Source: Candidatus Latescibacterota bacterium (GTDB taxonomy: Bacteria; Latescibacterota; UBA2968; GCA-2709665). Taken from it: a stretch of 64,000 nt of DNA. Positions within the stretch are counted from its first letter, which is position 1; each line of letters opens with the position of its first letter. The translations under genes and the position numbers were made by a program. The stretch covers positions 2,624,001-2,688,000 of the forward strand of contig OZ242358.1 of the NCBI GenBank assembly GCA_965208835.1, read 5' to 3'. The notes below the pieces were generated by a model that was not told the DNA's origin, made no database searches, and saw nothing but the letters and a program-made list of their open reading frames with translations. This document shows, in pieces, positions 8,193 through 18,350 of this stretch.

Positions 8193-10934
8193 GTGATGAC
8201 CATAGAAAAAGATAGAGCCAACGGCGCCACGATGACCCTGGACGGCGAGACGGTCTCGTTCTCCGACGGGGAAACCGTTTTCGACGTTGCGCAACGGCAC
8301 TCGAAATCCGTGCCGACCCTGTGTTACGACGACCGGCTGGAGCCCTTCGGAAGTTGCCGCCTCTGCGTGGTCGATGTGGAAGGCGCCCGAACCCCCATGG
8401 CTTCCTGCACCACACCCGCGACGCCCGGGATGGTCGTTCGTACGGAAACGGATGTGATTCAGAAGTATCGAAAGGTGTTGCTGGAGATGGTGGCGTCGGA
8501 AAATCCCGAGATCGACGTGGACCCTCTCAGCGGATACGCTTCCCAGGAACTGAGCGCACTCGTGGATCGGTACGGCGCACGGACCGGCCGGTTTGCGGGA
8601 ACTCAGTCCGGACGCAGTAAGACAGAGGACGACAATCCGTTTCTGCTGCGGGACTACGACAAGTGCATCTCCTGCTACCGTTGCGTGCGCGTATGCGCCG
8701 AGCAGGAGGGAGACGACGCCATCAGCGTGATGAACCGCGGCTTCGAGACGCAGATTGTAACCGAGTTCGACGGTCTGCTGAAAGACTCGTCCTGTACGTT
8801 CTGCGGGCAGTGCATTCAGACCTGCCCCACTGGCGCGCTCGCGGACAAAAAGGCGCTGCGGGGCGCCAGCGAACCGGGGAAGATCGAAAAAACGCGTACG
8901 ATCTGCACGTATTGCGGGGTTGGGTGTTCCGTGGACCTGATGACGAAAGGGGAGAGAATCGTGGGTATCCAGCCTGCGATGGACGGTCCGGCGAACCACG
9001 GCGCGCTCTGTGTAAAAGGACAATTCGCATTCGACTTCGTGCATCACCGCGATCGCCTGAAGGTTCCGCTTGTACGCCGGTGTGACGGCAGACTGCACGA
9101 AGCGAACTGGGATGAGGCACTTGATCGCGCAGCTCGCGGTTTCCTGGATGCTCGTACGGAACATGGAAAGTACGGTGCGTATGGCGTGGCCTCCGGCCGT
9201 GCGCCTACAGAGGCCGCGTACCTAATGGGTAAATTTATCCGCGCCGGCTTCGGCACCAACTACATAGACAACTGCAGCCGTGCCTGACACGCCCCAACGG
9301 TTGCCGGTCTGGCAGCCACGGTCGGAAGGGGCGCGATGTCGAATCCGCTGGTCGATATGGACAAGCCCGACGTGTTCTTCTGCATCGGGACAAACATGAC
9401 CGAGTGCCATCCGGTAGCGGCCACGCGACTGAAGAAAGCAATTCGGGGCGGTGCAAAGCTGATCGTCGCGGATCCGCGGCGCATTCCGCTGGCGGAGATG
9501 GCGGATCTGTATCTTCCGTTGCGTGTGGGGTCGGATGTCGCTCTCCTGCTGGCAATGGCCCATGTCATTGCGCGGGAGGGTTTGATCGACAATGACTTTG
9601 TCAATAGCCGGACGGTGAAGTCTGAAGAATTCCTCGAGCACGTGAAGGAATATTCCCCGGAATGGGCCGAGCGGATAACGGGGGTTCCGGCGAAGGACAT
9701 CGAACTCGCCGCGATCTGGTTCGGTATGGCGGACCGCGGCGCGATCTACTATACGCTGGGAATAACCGAGCATATCTGCGGCGTTGACAATGTCCAGTGC
9801 CTGTGTAATCTCGCGCTGATGACGGGTAACGTGGGGCGAGAGGGTACGGGCATCAATCCGATGCGCGGCCAGAACAATATCCAGGGCGCGGGCGATTCAG
9901 GAGCCGTTCCGGACAAATTCCCCGGGTTCCAACCGTGCGACGATCCGGAGAATGCGGCGAAGTTCTCACGGCTGTACGGTAAGCGTCTGGAAGCTGAAAA
10001 GGGGATCACGAAGGTGGCGGCATTGAACCTGTGCGGAGACCGGATCCGCGCGATGCTGATCGACGGGGAGAACACGGTCGTGTCCGATCCGGACAGGGCG
10101 CATTGCACGCACGCATTGCAGAGCCTCGACCACCTGGTGGTGATTGACATTTTCCTGACCGAAACGGCCGAACTCGCCGACGTCGTGCTGCCCGCCACTG
10201 CCTGGGGAGAGACGGACGGCACGTGTACAAATACGGAGCGGCGCGTCCAGCGGCTGCGTGCCGCGGTCCCGCCCCCGGGGGAAGCCCGTCCTGACTGGTG
10301 GATCATCAGTGAGATTGCGAAACGGATTGGGACGCCCGGGTTCGAGTACGCCTCTGCTGAAGACGTGTTCAATGAGCTATGCAGAGTATCTCCAATATAC
10401 GCCGGACTGGATTGGGACCGGATAGAGCACGGCAAGTACCACTGGCCGGTCCCTGATTTCGAACATCCAGGTACCCCCATGTTGCACGAGGGCGAGTTCA
10501 CAAACGGTCGGGGTATCTTCACGAAGCATCGTTATCGCAATCCGGCGGAGACGGTCAGCGACGACTTTCCGGTATGGCTGACAACCGGCCGACGGTTGCA
10601 GGCCTACCATACGCGGACTCAGACCGGACGGGCGGCAGGAATGGACTATTTTCTTTCCGAAGAGACGCTGGAGGTACACCCTGCCGACGTGTCCGCATGG
10701 GGTCTTACCGACGGCGGCTGGTGTCAGATGTCCAGCGCGCGGGGTTCCATCAAAATCAAGGTGAAGGCAACACGGCAGTCTCCACCGGGCACGGTGTTCG
10801 CAAGTTTTGGCTTTAACGACGTACCGGTGAATATCCTAACGGGATCGGGCTACGATCCGGTCACGGAGACAGCGGAGTTGAAGGTCTGCCCGGTTCGTAT
10901 AGAAACAATTGTGCCCGAACCACATACACCCTGA
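8193..10934 (+). CDS. fdhF: Formate dehydrogenase alpha subunit, selenocysteine-containing (UGA 9285-9287 read as Sec)
   Basis: ORFs 8193-9287 and 9336-10934 are in one frame; junction reads NCSRA-U-HAPTVAGL, matching the FdhF active site; N-terminal 2Fe-2S and two 4Fe-4S motifs, CTYCGVGC, RGQNNIQG, molybdopterin-binding C-terminus. Confidence 0.93.
9288..9317 (+). promoter_or_regulatory. Bacterial SECIS element
   Basis: 11 nt after UGA, hairpin GGTTGCC-GGTCT-GGCAGCC (9299-9317); same spacing and loop sequence as the E. coli fdhF SECIS. Confidence 0.9.
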
Positions 10935-10943
10935 GGATTAAAG

Positions 10944-11774
10944 TTGAATCCAGGGATTTCACAGCGCGCCGTTTCGAGGGTGGATGACGGCTGCCCGGCG
11001 CGTTCGACCCACGACGAACTCGCAGTTGAAGAACCCCTGGAAATCCGCGTCGCGGGGGATCCGATAGCCGTTACCATGCGTTCGCCGGGAGAAGATGCGC
11101 GGCTGGCCGTGGGGTTTCTGTTCTCTGAAGGGATTATCGCGTCAGTCGAAGACGTGGGACGGGTCTTTCACTGCGGACGGCCCGGGACCGAAGGATATGG
11201 CAACGCGATCGACGTACTTCCTGCGCCCGGGCACAATCTGGATATCGAACGGGTGAGCGCCAGCCGGCGCGGCACACTCACCACGTCGGCGTGCGGTGTC
11301 TGTGGTCGGCAGGACATTGCGGACCTGGTGGCGCGCTGTGCCGTGTTGCCGCCCGGGCCGAGAATTCCGAAGGAACTGCTCATCCAGTCGATGGAACAGA
11401 TGACCCGGATTCAACCCACGTTTTCCCATACCGGCGGCGTACACGCCGCCGCCGCATTCGATCGGGACGGCCGCGCGCTTGTATGCTCCGAAGACGTTGG
11501 ACGCCACAATGCAGTGGACAAAACCGTCGGTGCCCTGCTTTTCGACCGGCTGGTGGGAGCGTCTGCGGGAGCCACCCTGCTGACGGTGAGCGGAAGAGCG
11601 AGTTTTGAAATCGTACAGAAAGCGGCCGTCGCGCGAATACCCGTAGTCGCAAGCGTCTCCGCTGCCAGCTCACTGGCGGTTGATCTTGCATCCGATGTGG
11701 GTATTACCCTCGCGGGGTTCGTTCGGAGGAAGGGTTTCAATCTGTATGCGCACCCTGAACGTGTCGCGCAATAA
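10944..11774 (+). CDS. fdhD: Formate dehydrogenase accessory sulfurtransferase FdhD
   Basis: EEPLEI, SACGVCG, TGGVHAA, EDVGRHNAVDK, SGRASFEIVQKA. Confidence 0.95.
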   Translation: MNPGISQRAVSRVDDGCPARSTHDELAVEEPLEIRVAGDPIAVTMRSPGEDARLAVGFLFSEGIIASVEDVGRVFHCGRPGTEGYGNAIDVLPAPGHNLDIERVSASRRGTLTTSACGVCGRQDIADLVARCAVLPPGPRIPKELLIQSMEQMTRIQPTFSHTGGVHAAAAFDRDGRALVCSEDVGRHNAVDKTVGALLFDRLVGASAGATLLTVSGRASFEIVQKAAVARIPVVASVSAASSLAVDLASDVGITLAGFVRRKGFNLYAHPERVAQ

Positions 11775-11784
11775 GGAGCAGGCG

Positions 11785-12012
11785 ATGCCTATATTCGAGT
11801 TCATCTGCGGAAGTTGCCGTCATCCCTTCGAGACGCTGATTCAGGGCAGTCAGAAACCGAGTTGTCCGTCCTGCGGCAGCAGCGATCTCGAAAAGCAGCT
11901 ATCGGTTTTCGCTGTAAACGGTGGCAGCGGTCAAACCGATGCGAGTACGCTGCCGGGTCCGTGCGGAACCTGCGGAGACCCCAGAGGCCCCGGCGCCTGT
12001 TCACTGAATTAG
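11785..12012 (+). CDS. FmdB-family zinc-ribbon protein
   Basis: MPIFEFICGSC...CPSCGS..LEK.LS; SD AAGGAG. Confidence 0.9.
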   Translation: MPIFEFICGSCRHPFETLIQGSQKPSCPSCGSSDLEKQLSVFAVNGGSGQTDASTLPGPCGTCGDPRGPGACSLN

Positions 12013-12213
12013 CCTCAATTCGCGGGAAACAGCACCGCGTCGCCGCGTCGCAGACTTCCGAAACGGGACGAAGGGATCGACCGGTAGGATGCCTTCTTCC
12101 ATCCACGTCCAGTGACCCGAAGCATCCCGGGTATCCGACGTCGAATCGCCTGAATTAACTCGCGTCTATTCGATTTAACGTCACCGTAAAACGACGAATC
12201 AAGAATGGGCTTT

Positions 12214-12247
12214 GGATCCCGGGCCAGGAGACCGGGATCTTTTTTTT
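12214..12247 (+). terminator. Intrinsic terminator
   Basis: GATCCCGG...CCGGGATC followed by T8. Confidence 0.8.
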
Positions 12248-12487
12248 AAGTCCTTGAAATCGAAGCAATAATCGAAATCAGTCGATCTTCTTCAGGGGTT
12301 TACGGCGACATGAAGGTTGTGAGGATTGCATTTGTGCATTCAGCCATTCCGGGCTATCTTTGGCGGCGTTGGTCCATTATTGCGTCACCACCGTGCGAAC
12401 GGCCCTCGGCGCGATTTTATGTCGTTCCGAACGAACAGGAATGGTCGCCGGCCTGCCAGGCTGCCGGAGCATCGGAGCGTATTCCGC

Positions 12488-14236
12488 ATGGGCGGCATCT
12501 TCTCAAGATCCTACCGCCGCATTCAGAAATCCATAGCCGAGGACCGTTGTGTGATTCTGGATGGTGGTGTCGCAACTGAATTGGACCGGATAGGCCTTCA
12601 GGATCACGCCATAAGCGATCACAGCCTCTGGGGCACCCGGGCACTGTACCATGAACCCTATAAGGTGCTGGATGTACACCGGCGATTTGTAAAGGTCGGC
12701 TGCGACGTGATTTCAACCAATACCTGGGGAATTCTCGAGGGGTCGGAGATTGGCGGGCGCGGTAGGACGGCGGACGAGGGGATATCGCATTGGATGGACG
12801 TAGCCCGACGCGGCATCGAATTGGCTCGCCAGGCGAATCGGGAGTTGGGGAGGCAAGACGAATGCGCGGTGGCCTTCAGCGTGAACGGAGACATCGATTC
12901 GTCTCAGCGGCTGGAGCGCCTGCAACTGCTGGCAAGGGTATTCGCGGACGAACCGCCCGACCTCGTTTTGATGGAGACAATGTCAATCGTCCGCGACGAC
13001 CTCACGCTTCCAGCGATTGAAATGATGATTCAGACAGGTATTCCGGTGTGGCTGAGCTTCCGGCGCTGCCGACAGGGTCTGTGCGGGGTACACGGACAGC
13101 ATTGGGGCGGTCCGGAAGGAGACTATTTCGGCAGACTGTCCGGCCGGTTCCAGCGAATGGGGATTGGCGCCCTGTTGATCAACTGTCTGCCGATAGAACA
13201 CGTACCAGGGATGATCTCGTGGCTGAGGGACTTTACCGATCTTCCACTGGGCGTATACCCGAATCTTGGGCGTTACCTGGATCCCGGTTGGAAATTCGAC
13301 ACATCGGTCGGGCCCCGGCGCTTTGCAATGCTGGCCGAGGCCTGGCGTGAAGAGGGGGCGAAGATCGTCGGCGGGTGCTGCGGCGTCACGCCGGAACACA
13401 TTGCCGAAGCCAGGAAAGCGCTGGCGTGTACGGAGGCGGGCCGAAAGCGGGTCCAGCCGCACGCCTTCGCGACGGCAGGGATCCGTCATAATGATGCCGT
13501 CGTACCGCATCCATGGGTAGACGAGAGCAACAGGACACTCTTCCCGCTGCCTTTTCCCGAGATTGTGTGCGATCCGGGCGTGTTCGCTCCCACGCAGGGC
13601 AGCTTTCTGATCTGGAAGCACCTGTTTCGAACGCGTGCCGGTCGGGGTCAACGCTGTCTGGACGTGGGTTGCGGCACCGGAATCCTGTCCGTCCAGCTCG
13701 CGTTGAACGGAGCGGAACAGGTTGTGGCCATCGACGTCCAGAAGGAAGCGGTGGGCAATACAATGACGAACGCGTTTCGAAACGGCGTGGCCGACCGCAT
13801 TTCCGGAAGGGTACTGGACCTCTATACCTATATTCCCGAAGAAAAATACGACCTGGTAATCGGCAGCCTGTATCAGATGCCGGTGGATCCCATGAAACAG
13901 ACGGCCGGGCACCGTCCCGCCGATTTCTGGGGCAGGAACCTGTTCGATCATCTGCTCTCTCTCCTTCCGGAGATGCTGGCCGATGGCGGCGTGGCCTATC
14001 TGATGCAGATTTCGGCCTTAAGCCAGGTCCGGACGTCAGAGTTGATTTCGGCTGCGGGGCTGGAGGCGAAGCTCCTCGACTTCAGCTTTTTTCACTTCAG
14101 CCCGACATTCGAAGAAAATACCGACCAGATCCGGCGGGTCGCCGAGTTATCCGATGCATTCCACCTCAATTTTGGTCGGGACAACGTGATGGTGATGTAC
14201 CTGCTGGAGATCGGTCCTGGCGGAAGCAATCCCTAG
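12488..14236 (+). CDS. Homocysteine S-methyltransferase domain fused to a class I SAM-dependent methyltransferase domain
   Basis: ILDGGVATEL, GCDVISTNT, INCL, YPNLG, GGCCG (Zn ligands), then LDVGCGTG and VAIDV; start uncertain (12326-12488). Confidence 0.85.
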   Translation: MGGIFSRSYRRIQKSIAEDRCVILDGGVATELDRIGLQDHAISDHSLWGTRALYHEPYKVLDVHRRFVKVGCDVISTNTWGILEGSEIGGRGRTADEGISHWMDVARRGIELARQANRELGRQDECAVAFSVNGDIDSSQRLERLQLLARVFADEPPDLVLMETMSIVRDDLTLPAIEMMIQTGIPVWLSFRRCRQGLCGVHGQHWGGPEGDYFGRLSGRFQRMGIGALLINCLPIEHVPGMISWLRDFTDLPLGVYPNLGRYLDPGWKFDTSVGPRRFAMLAEAWREEGAKIVGGCCGVTPEHIAEARKALACTEAGRKRVQPHAFATAGIRHNDAVVPHPWVDESNRTLFPLPFPEIVCDPGVFAPTQGSFLIWKHLFRTRAGRGQRCLDVGCGTGILSVQLALNGAEQVVAIDVQKEAVGNTMTNAFRNGVADRISGRVLDLYTYIPEEKYDLVIGSLYQMPVDPMKQTAGHRPADFWGRNLFDHLLSLLPEMLADGGVAYLMQISALSQVRTSELISAAGLEAKLLDFSFFHFSPTFEENTDQIRRVAELSDAFHLNFGRDNVMVMYLLEIGPGGSNP

Positions 14237-14270
14237 ATCGTCTTGTTCACTCCTCGCGAGAGACTGCAAT

Positions 14271-15101
14271 ATGCCCGATGGTTTCCTCAAGGGACGCGCC
14301 GCAGTTGTCACGGGCGGCGCGAGCGGACTGGGCAGGGCCATCGCAATGCGTCTTGCGGAAAGGGGCGCCGACGTCTGTATTATGTCCCTGAGCAGCCGTC
14401 GCGTGAAGCGGGTGGAGAGCGAGGTGAAATACTTCGCCGCCGTCGACGAGATCGAGGCGACCCGGCTGGACATCGAGGGAACGGGCGTTCGTTGCGTCGC
14501 CCTGGACGGAGACGTGTGTTCTTCAGCGGATGTGGAGGAGATGGTCGGCCTGGCGGTGGGGACCTTCGGCAGTTTGGATGTTCTGGTGAACAACGCCGCC
14601 ACAAACGTAATCCATCCGATTCTCAACCACGACGACCAGGCGTGGAGGCGGGTGGTTGACGTCAACCTGTTCGGACCCTACCTGTGTACCCGGCACGCGC
14701 TGCCGCACATGATCAAAAACGGTTGGGGACGGATCGTATCGATCGGCTCCACAAACGCACACGTCGGTACGCCCGACTACAGTGCGTACGCGGCGTCCAA
14801 GCACGGTTTGTTGGGATTCAACAGGTCTCTTGCGCTGGAAGTGGCTCCACACGGCATCACAGCCAATACGGTCAGCCCTGCTACAATTGAGACCCCGTCA
14901 GGTGAGATGCATCTGCAGAGGTGGGCGGACGACCAGGGTCTTTCCCTTGAAGCCTTGCGCAAGGAGGTCATGAAATCCTATCCTCAGGGGAGGTTCCTGC
15001 GCCCGGAAGAAATCGCCGATCTTGTTGTTTTCCTGTGCCGGGATGAAGCTCGGGGAATCAACGGGGAGGACATAAGCGTGACAACGGGTGCGATGTACTA
15101 G
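14271..15101 (+). CDS. Classical SDR oxidoreductase
   Basis: TGGASGLG, NNAA, YAASK. Confidence 0.93.
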   Translation: MPDGFLKGRAAVVTGGASGLGRAIAMRLAERGADVCIMSLSSRRVKRVESEVKYFAAVDEIEATRLDIEGTGVRCVALDGDVCSSADVEEMVGLAVGTFGSLDVLVNNAATNVIHPILNHDDQAWRRVVDVNLFGPYLCTRHALPHMIKNGWGRIVSIGSTNAHVGTPDYSAYAASKHGLLGFNRSLALEVAPHGITANTVSPATIETPSGEMHLQRWADDQGLSLEALRKEVMKSYPQGRFLRPEEIADLVVFLCRDEARGINGEDISVTTGAMY

Positions 15102-15200
15102 CCGCCCGCTGAAGAAGCCCATCCGGGCGACGGACGGAAGGGTAGCGGAACACGCCCGAGGTACTGCCTTGCCCCGGTATTCGGACAATTGGAGGGTTTA

Positions 15201-15983
15201 ATGAATCTTGGGCTTAAAGGCCGTCGGGCGCTGGTGACAGGCGCGAGCAAGGGAATCGGAAAGGCAATTGCATTCGAACTCGCAGGAGAGGGCGCGGCTC
15301 TCGCGATCTGCGCCCGCGGCGCGGGCGTACTTGAAGAAACGGCGGCGGCGCTCAGGGAGAAAACCTGCGTGGACGTATTCGCCCGTACTGCCGACGTCAC
15401 TGACGGCAAACAGGTTCAGTCGTTCGTGGAGCAGGCCGCCGCGGCGCTGGGTGGCCTGGATATTCTGATAAACAACGCCGGCAGCGCACTTCCAGGTACG
15501 TTCGAAGAGGTGGACGAGGTTCGCTGGCGCGCGGACCTCGATGTGAAGCTGTTCGCTGCGATGCGCTGCGTGCGTTCCGCACTGCCCTATCTGAAACAAA
15601 GCACGCAGGCCAGGATAATCAACATCAATTCCATAGTCGGACGCCAGATCGCGCCGGAGTACATTGCCAACAGCACAGACCGAGCGGCATGCCTGGCGTT
15701 CAGCAAGGGTCTCGCGGACAACCTGGCGCCATACGGTGTCCTTGTCAACAGCGTGAATCCCGGCAATGTGAAGAGCCAGGCCTGGGGAAGCACATTGGAC
15801 TATTTCGCGCCGGACGCGGAACTGGAGGAATATTACGAACAGGCCGGCCGGGAAACACCGCTGGGCAGGGTGGGGGAAGCCGACGAGATCGCGGCAGTCG
15901 TTACTTTCCTGGCAAGCAAACGGGCGAGCTATATTACAGGAGCTTCAATCGACGTGGACGGCGGTCTGGTGAGATATATTTAG
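15201..15983 (+). CDS. SDR oxidoreductase with atypical active site
   Basis: TGASKGIG, NNAG, PLGRVG, YITG; YxxxK replaced by NSTDR; SD GGAGGG. Confidence 0.9.
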   Translation: MNLGLKGRRALVTGASKGIGKAIAFELAGEGAALAICARGAGVLEETAAALREKTCVDVFARTADVTDGKQVQSFVEQAAAALGGLDILINNAGSALPGTFEEVDEVRWRADLDVKLFAAMRCVRSALPYLKQSTQARIININSIVGRQIAPEYIANSTDRAACLAFSKGLADNLAPYGVLVNSVNPGNVKSQAWGSTLDYFAPDAELEEYYEQAGRETPLGRVGEADEIAAVVTFLASKRASYITGASIDVDGGLVRYI

Positions 15984-16048
15984 GTGACTCCCGGGTGTCC
16001 GGCGGTAGCGGCACATGATTCGGTACCGCGAACCGGTAGCTCGCGCTC

Positions 16049-18310
16049 GTGAAGGTACGAATATTGTCAAATCCTCGATTCGAGAAATCCTCGCCCGTGC
16101 CCGGTCTGGGGCTGGAAGGTTACGCCGATGAGATAACCCTTCCGGCCGGAGCGGATGTCGCTTTCAAACTGGGCGGTCCTCCGGGTACCGTCGAGGTAAA
16201 CCTTTCGCGGCTGATTCACGGCGATCCGAATCCTGACGGACCAGGTTACCGGGAAGAACGCGTATCGTGGGGGCAGCCGGAACGGATTGAGGTTTCCCAC
16301 CAGGCGACGGATTATGGTTCGTACGTAGAGATTCCCCACTCCGATACGCTGAATCCGACAGTCGCGTTTACCGTGGGCCTCTGGTTTCAGCCATCGCTGG
16401 GCGGCGGCGGATGGCGGGCCCTCGTCGTGAAGTGGGCGCGCGACAACCTGGCCTACGGGATTTTCTTCGCCGGCGAGCGGTTTCTGACAGCAGCCGTGTC
16501 TCACGACGGGAGGACGGCGCACTGGGCGACTGCCAGAGAGAACATCCACGTTGGCAACTGGCAGTTCGTGGCGTTCTCGTACCGTCCCGATCCGGGCGAA
16601 ATTCGTCTCTATCAGCAGGTTGGAGATACGGCTGGCGTGGTCGAAACCCGATCGTCCCGCGATTCACTGAGTCTTTCGTCGAAAAATGTCGGGACGGGTC
16701 CTGTGTTCGCGGGCAACGCGCCGTTGTTATTCGGCGCCTGTCAGGATCCCGATCGAATCGGCAGCCACTGGGCCCATTTCACGGGAAAGATCGCGCAACC
16801 CGTAATTTTCGGAGCCGCGCTCGACCGCGAAGAGGTCCAGGCGCTTGCAGACGGACAGGACCCGCTGTCTCTCGGTCCCGTTATCGGATGCTGGCATTTC
16901 GGCCTGGAGGTGACGGGCCCCCGGGTCGTCGATCTGTCGGACAACATGAACCATGGGCTTGCCGTCAATGCGCCCGGGCGTGCGGTGACGGGTCCCTTCT
17001 GGAGGGGAATGCCGTCCAGGCTCTATACGGATCGGCCTGACGACTACAACGCGATCTACCTGCACGAAGACGACCTGGAAGATGCAGGGTGGCCGACGTC
17101 ATTTTCGGTTGCGGTACCGCCCGACGCGAGATCCGGCATATATACGCTGCGCGCCGGGACTGATTCGGACACGCTGTTCGTGCCGTTTATCGTGACGTCA
17201 AAGACGCCGCGGTCCGAATTGGCCTTTCTGATTCCCACGCTCACGTGGCAGGCATACGGAAGTAACCGCGCCGCGTACAGCTATACTGAAGACGGCGTAC
17301 TGGACCGTACGCTGTGCACGTACGACGTACACAGCGACGGGTCGATGGTTCACTATTATTCGCGCCTCCAACCCACGCGGGGATGGAATCCGAGCGCGGG
17401 TTTTCAGAACTGGGGGGCGCACAACATCACGGCGAACCTCTACCTGATCGACTGGCTGGAGGCGACGGCGTTCGAATACGAGGTATTGGCGGACGAAGAC
17501 CTTCACCGTGGGGGCGCCGACCTGCTTTCCGGTTACCGATGTGTGGTCATGGGCAGCCATCCCGAATACCACACCGAAACCATGGTCGACAGCCTGGCGG
17601 CGTATGTCCGAAACGGGGGCCGCCTCGTCTATTTGAGCGGCAATGGTCTCTACTGGGTGATGTCCATCGACACCCGGCGGCCACACCTGCTTGAACTTCG
17701 CCGTGGCGGAGAAGGAGACTACGGACCGACGTACGATCCCGCGCCGGGGGAGTCCCAACACAGCACCACACTGGAACTCGGAGGTCTGTGGGCAAGGCGT
17801 GGACGTCCGCCGCGGCGGACGGTCGGAGTGGAACACGCGTCGAACGCCTGGATCGAAGCCGATGAAAAACGAGGATTCCGGAGGCTTCCGTCAAGCATGG
17901 ACCCCAGTTACGCATGGGTGTTCAATGGCGTCGGGCAGGACGAGGTTATCGGAGACTTCGGTCTGAACCTGGGCAGCGCGGCAGGGTTTGAACTGGATGC
18001 CGTGCAGTCCTGGGCGTGGGACCGGTTCACGCCTGAGCCTGTCGTACTTGCCCGGGCGGCGCACCCCGACTTTATCCCGGCCCGGCGCACGCACGTCTCG
18101 CCGACAGCCGACCTGGCAATCATGGACTTTGCCGGGGGAGGCGCGGTTTTTTCCGCTGGATCCGTAACCTGGACGGGCAGCCTTTCCCACAACGGATACG
18201 CGAATAACGTCTCGACGATCACGCGTAACGTGATTCGCCGGTTTCTGGATACGCCCGACGGCCAGACCGTGCTGGAAGATCCCGGTCCAACGTCACCGGT
18301 AAGGGAATGA
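16049..18310 (+). CDS. N,N-dimethylformamidase beta-subunit family protein with LamG insert
   Basis: RLIHGDPNPDGPG, LamG segment, HEDDLEDAGW, SGIY, TWQAY, TYD, SHPEY, YLSGNGLYW, GAVFSAGS. Confidence 0.88.
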   Translation: MKVRILSNPRFEKSSPVPGLGLEGYADEITLPAGADVAFKLGGPPGTVEVNLSRLIHGDPNPDGPGYREERVSWGQPERIEVSHQATDYGSYVEIPHSDTLNPTVAFTVGLWFQPSLGGGGWRALVVKWARDNLAYGIFFAGERFLTAAVSHDGRTAHWATARENIHVGNWQFVAFSYRPDPGEIRLYQQVGDTAGVVETRSSRDSLSLSSKNVGTGPVFAGNAPLLFGACQDPDRIGSHWAHFTGKIAQPVIFGAALDREEVQALADGQDPLSLGPVIGCWHFGLEVTGPRVVDLSDNMNHGLAVNAPGRAVTGPFWRGMPSRLYTDRPDDYNAIYLHEDDLEDAGWPTSFSVAVPPDARSGIYTLRAGTDSDTLFVPFIVTSKTPRSELAFLIPTLTWQAYGSNRAAYSYTEDGVLDRTLCTYDVHSDGSMVHYYSRLQPTRGWNPSAGFQNWGAHNITANLYLIDWLEATAFEYEVLADEDLHRGGADLLSGYRCVVMGSHPEYHTETMVDSLAAYVRNGGRLVYLSGNGLYWVMSIDTRRPHLLELRRGGEGDYGPTYDPAPGESQHSTTLELGGLWARRGRPPRRTVGVEHASNAWIEADEKRGFRRLPSSMDPSYAWVFNGVGQDEVIGDFGLNLGSAAGFELDAVQSWAWDRFTPEPVVLARAAHPDFIPARRTHVSPTADLAIMDFAGGGAVFSAGSVTWTGSLSHNGYANNVSTITRNVIRRFLDTPDGQTVLEDPGPTSPVRE

Positions 18311-18350
18311 ACCCAATGATCAGCCGTGGAAAAACGAAGGACTCATCCCG

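Noticed and set aside
9285-9287. FDH alpha as a nonsense pseudogene or two genes
   Set aside because: The stop is at the Sec position and has a SECIS
12040-12090. c-di-GMP-I riboswitch-like GAAA...GGGACG segment
   Set aside because: Lacks GCAAA and the second conserved stem; match too weak
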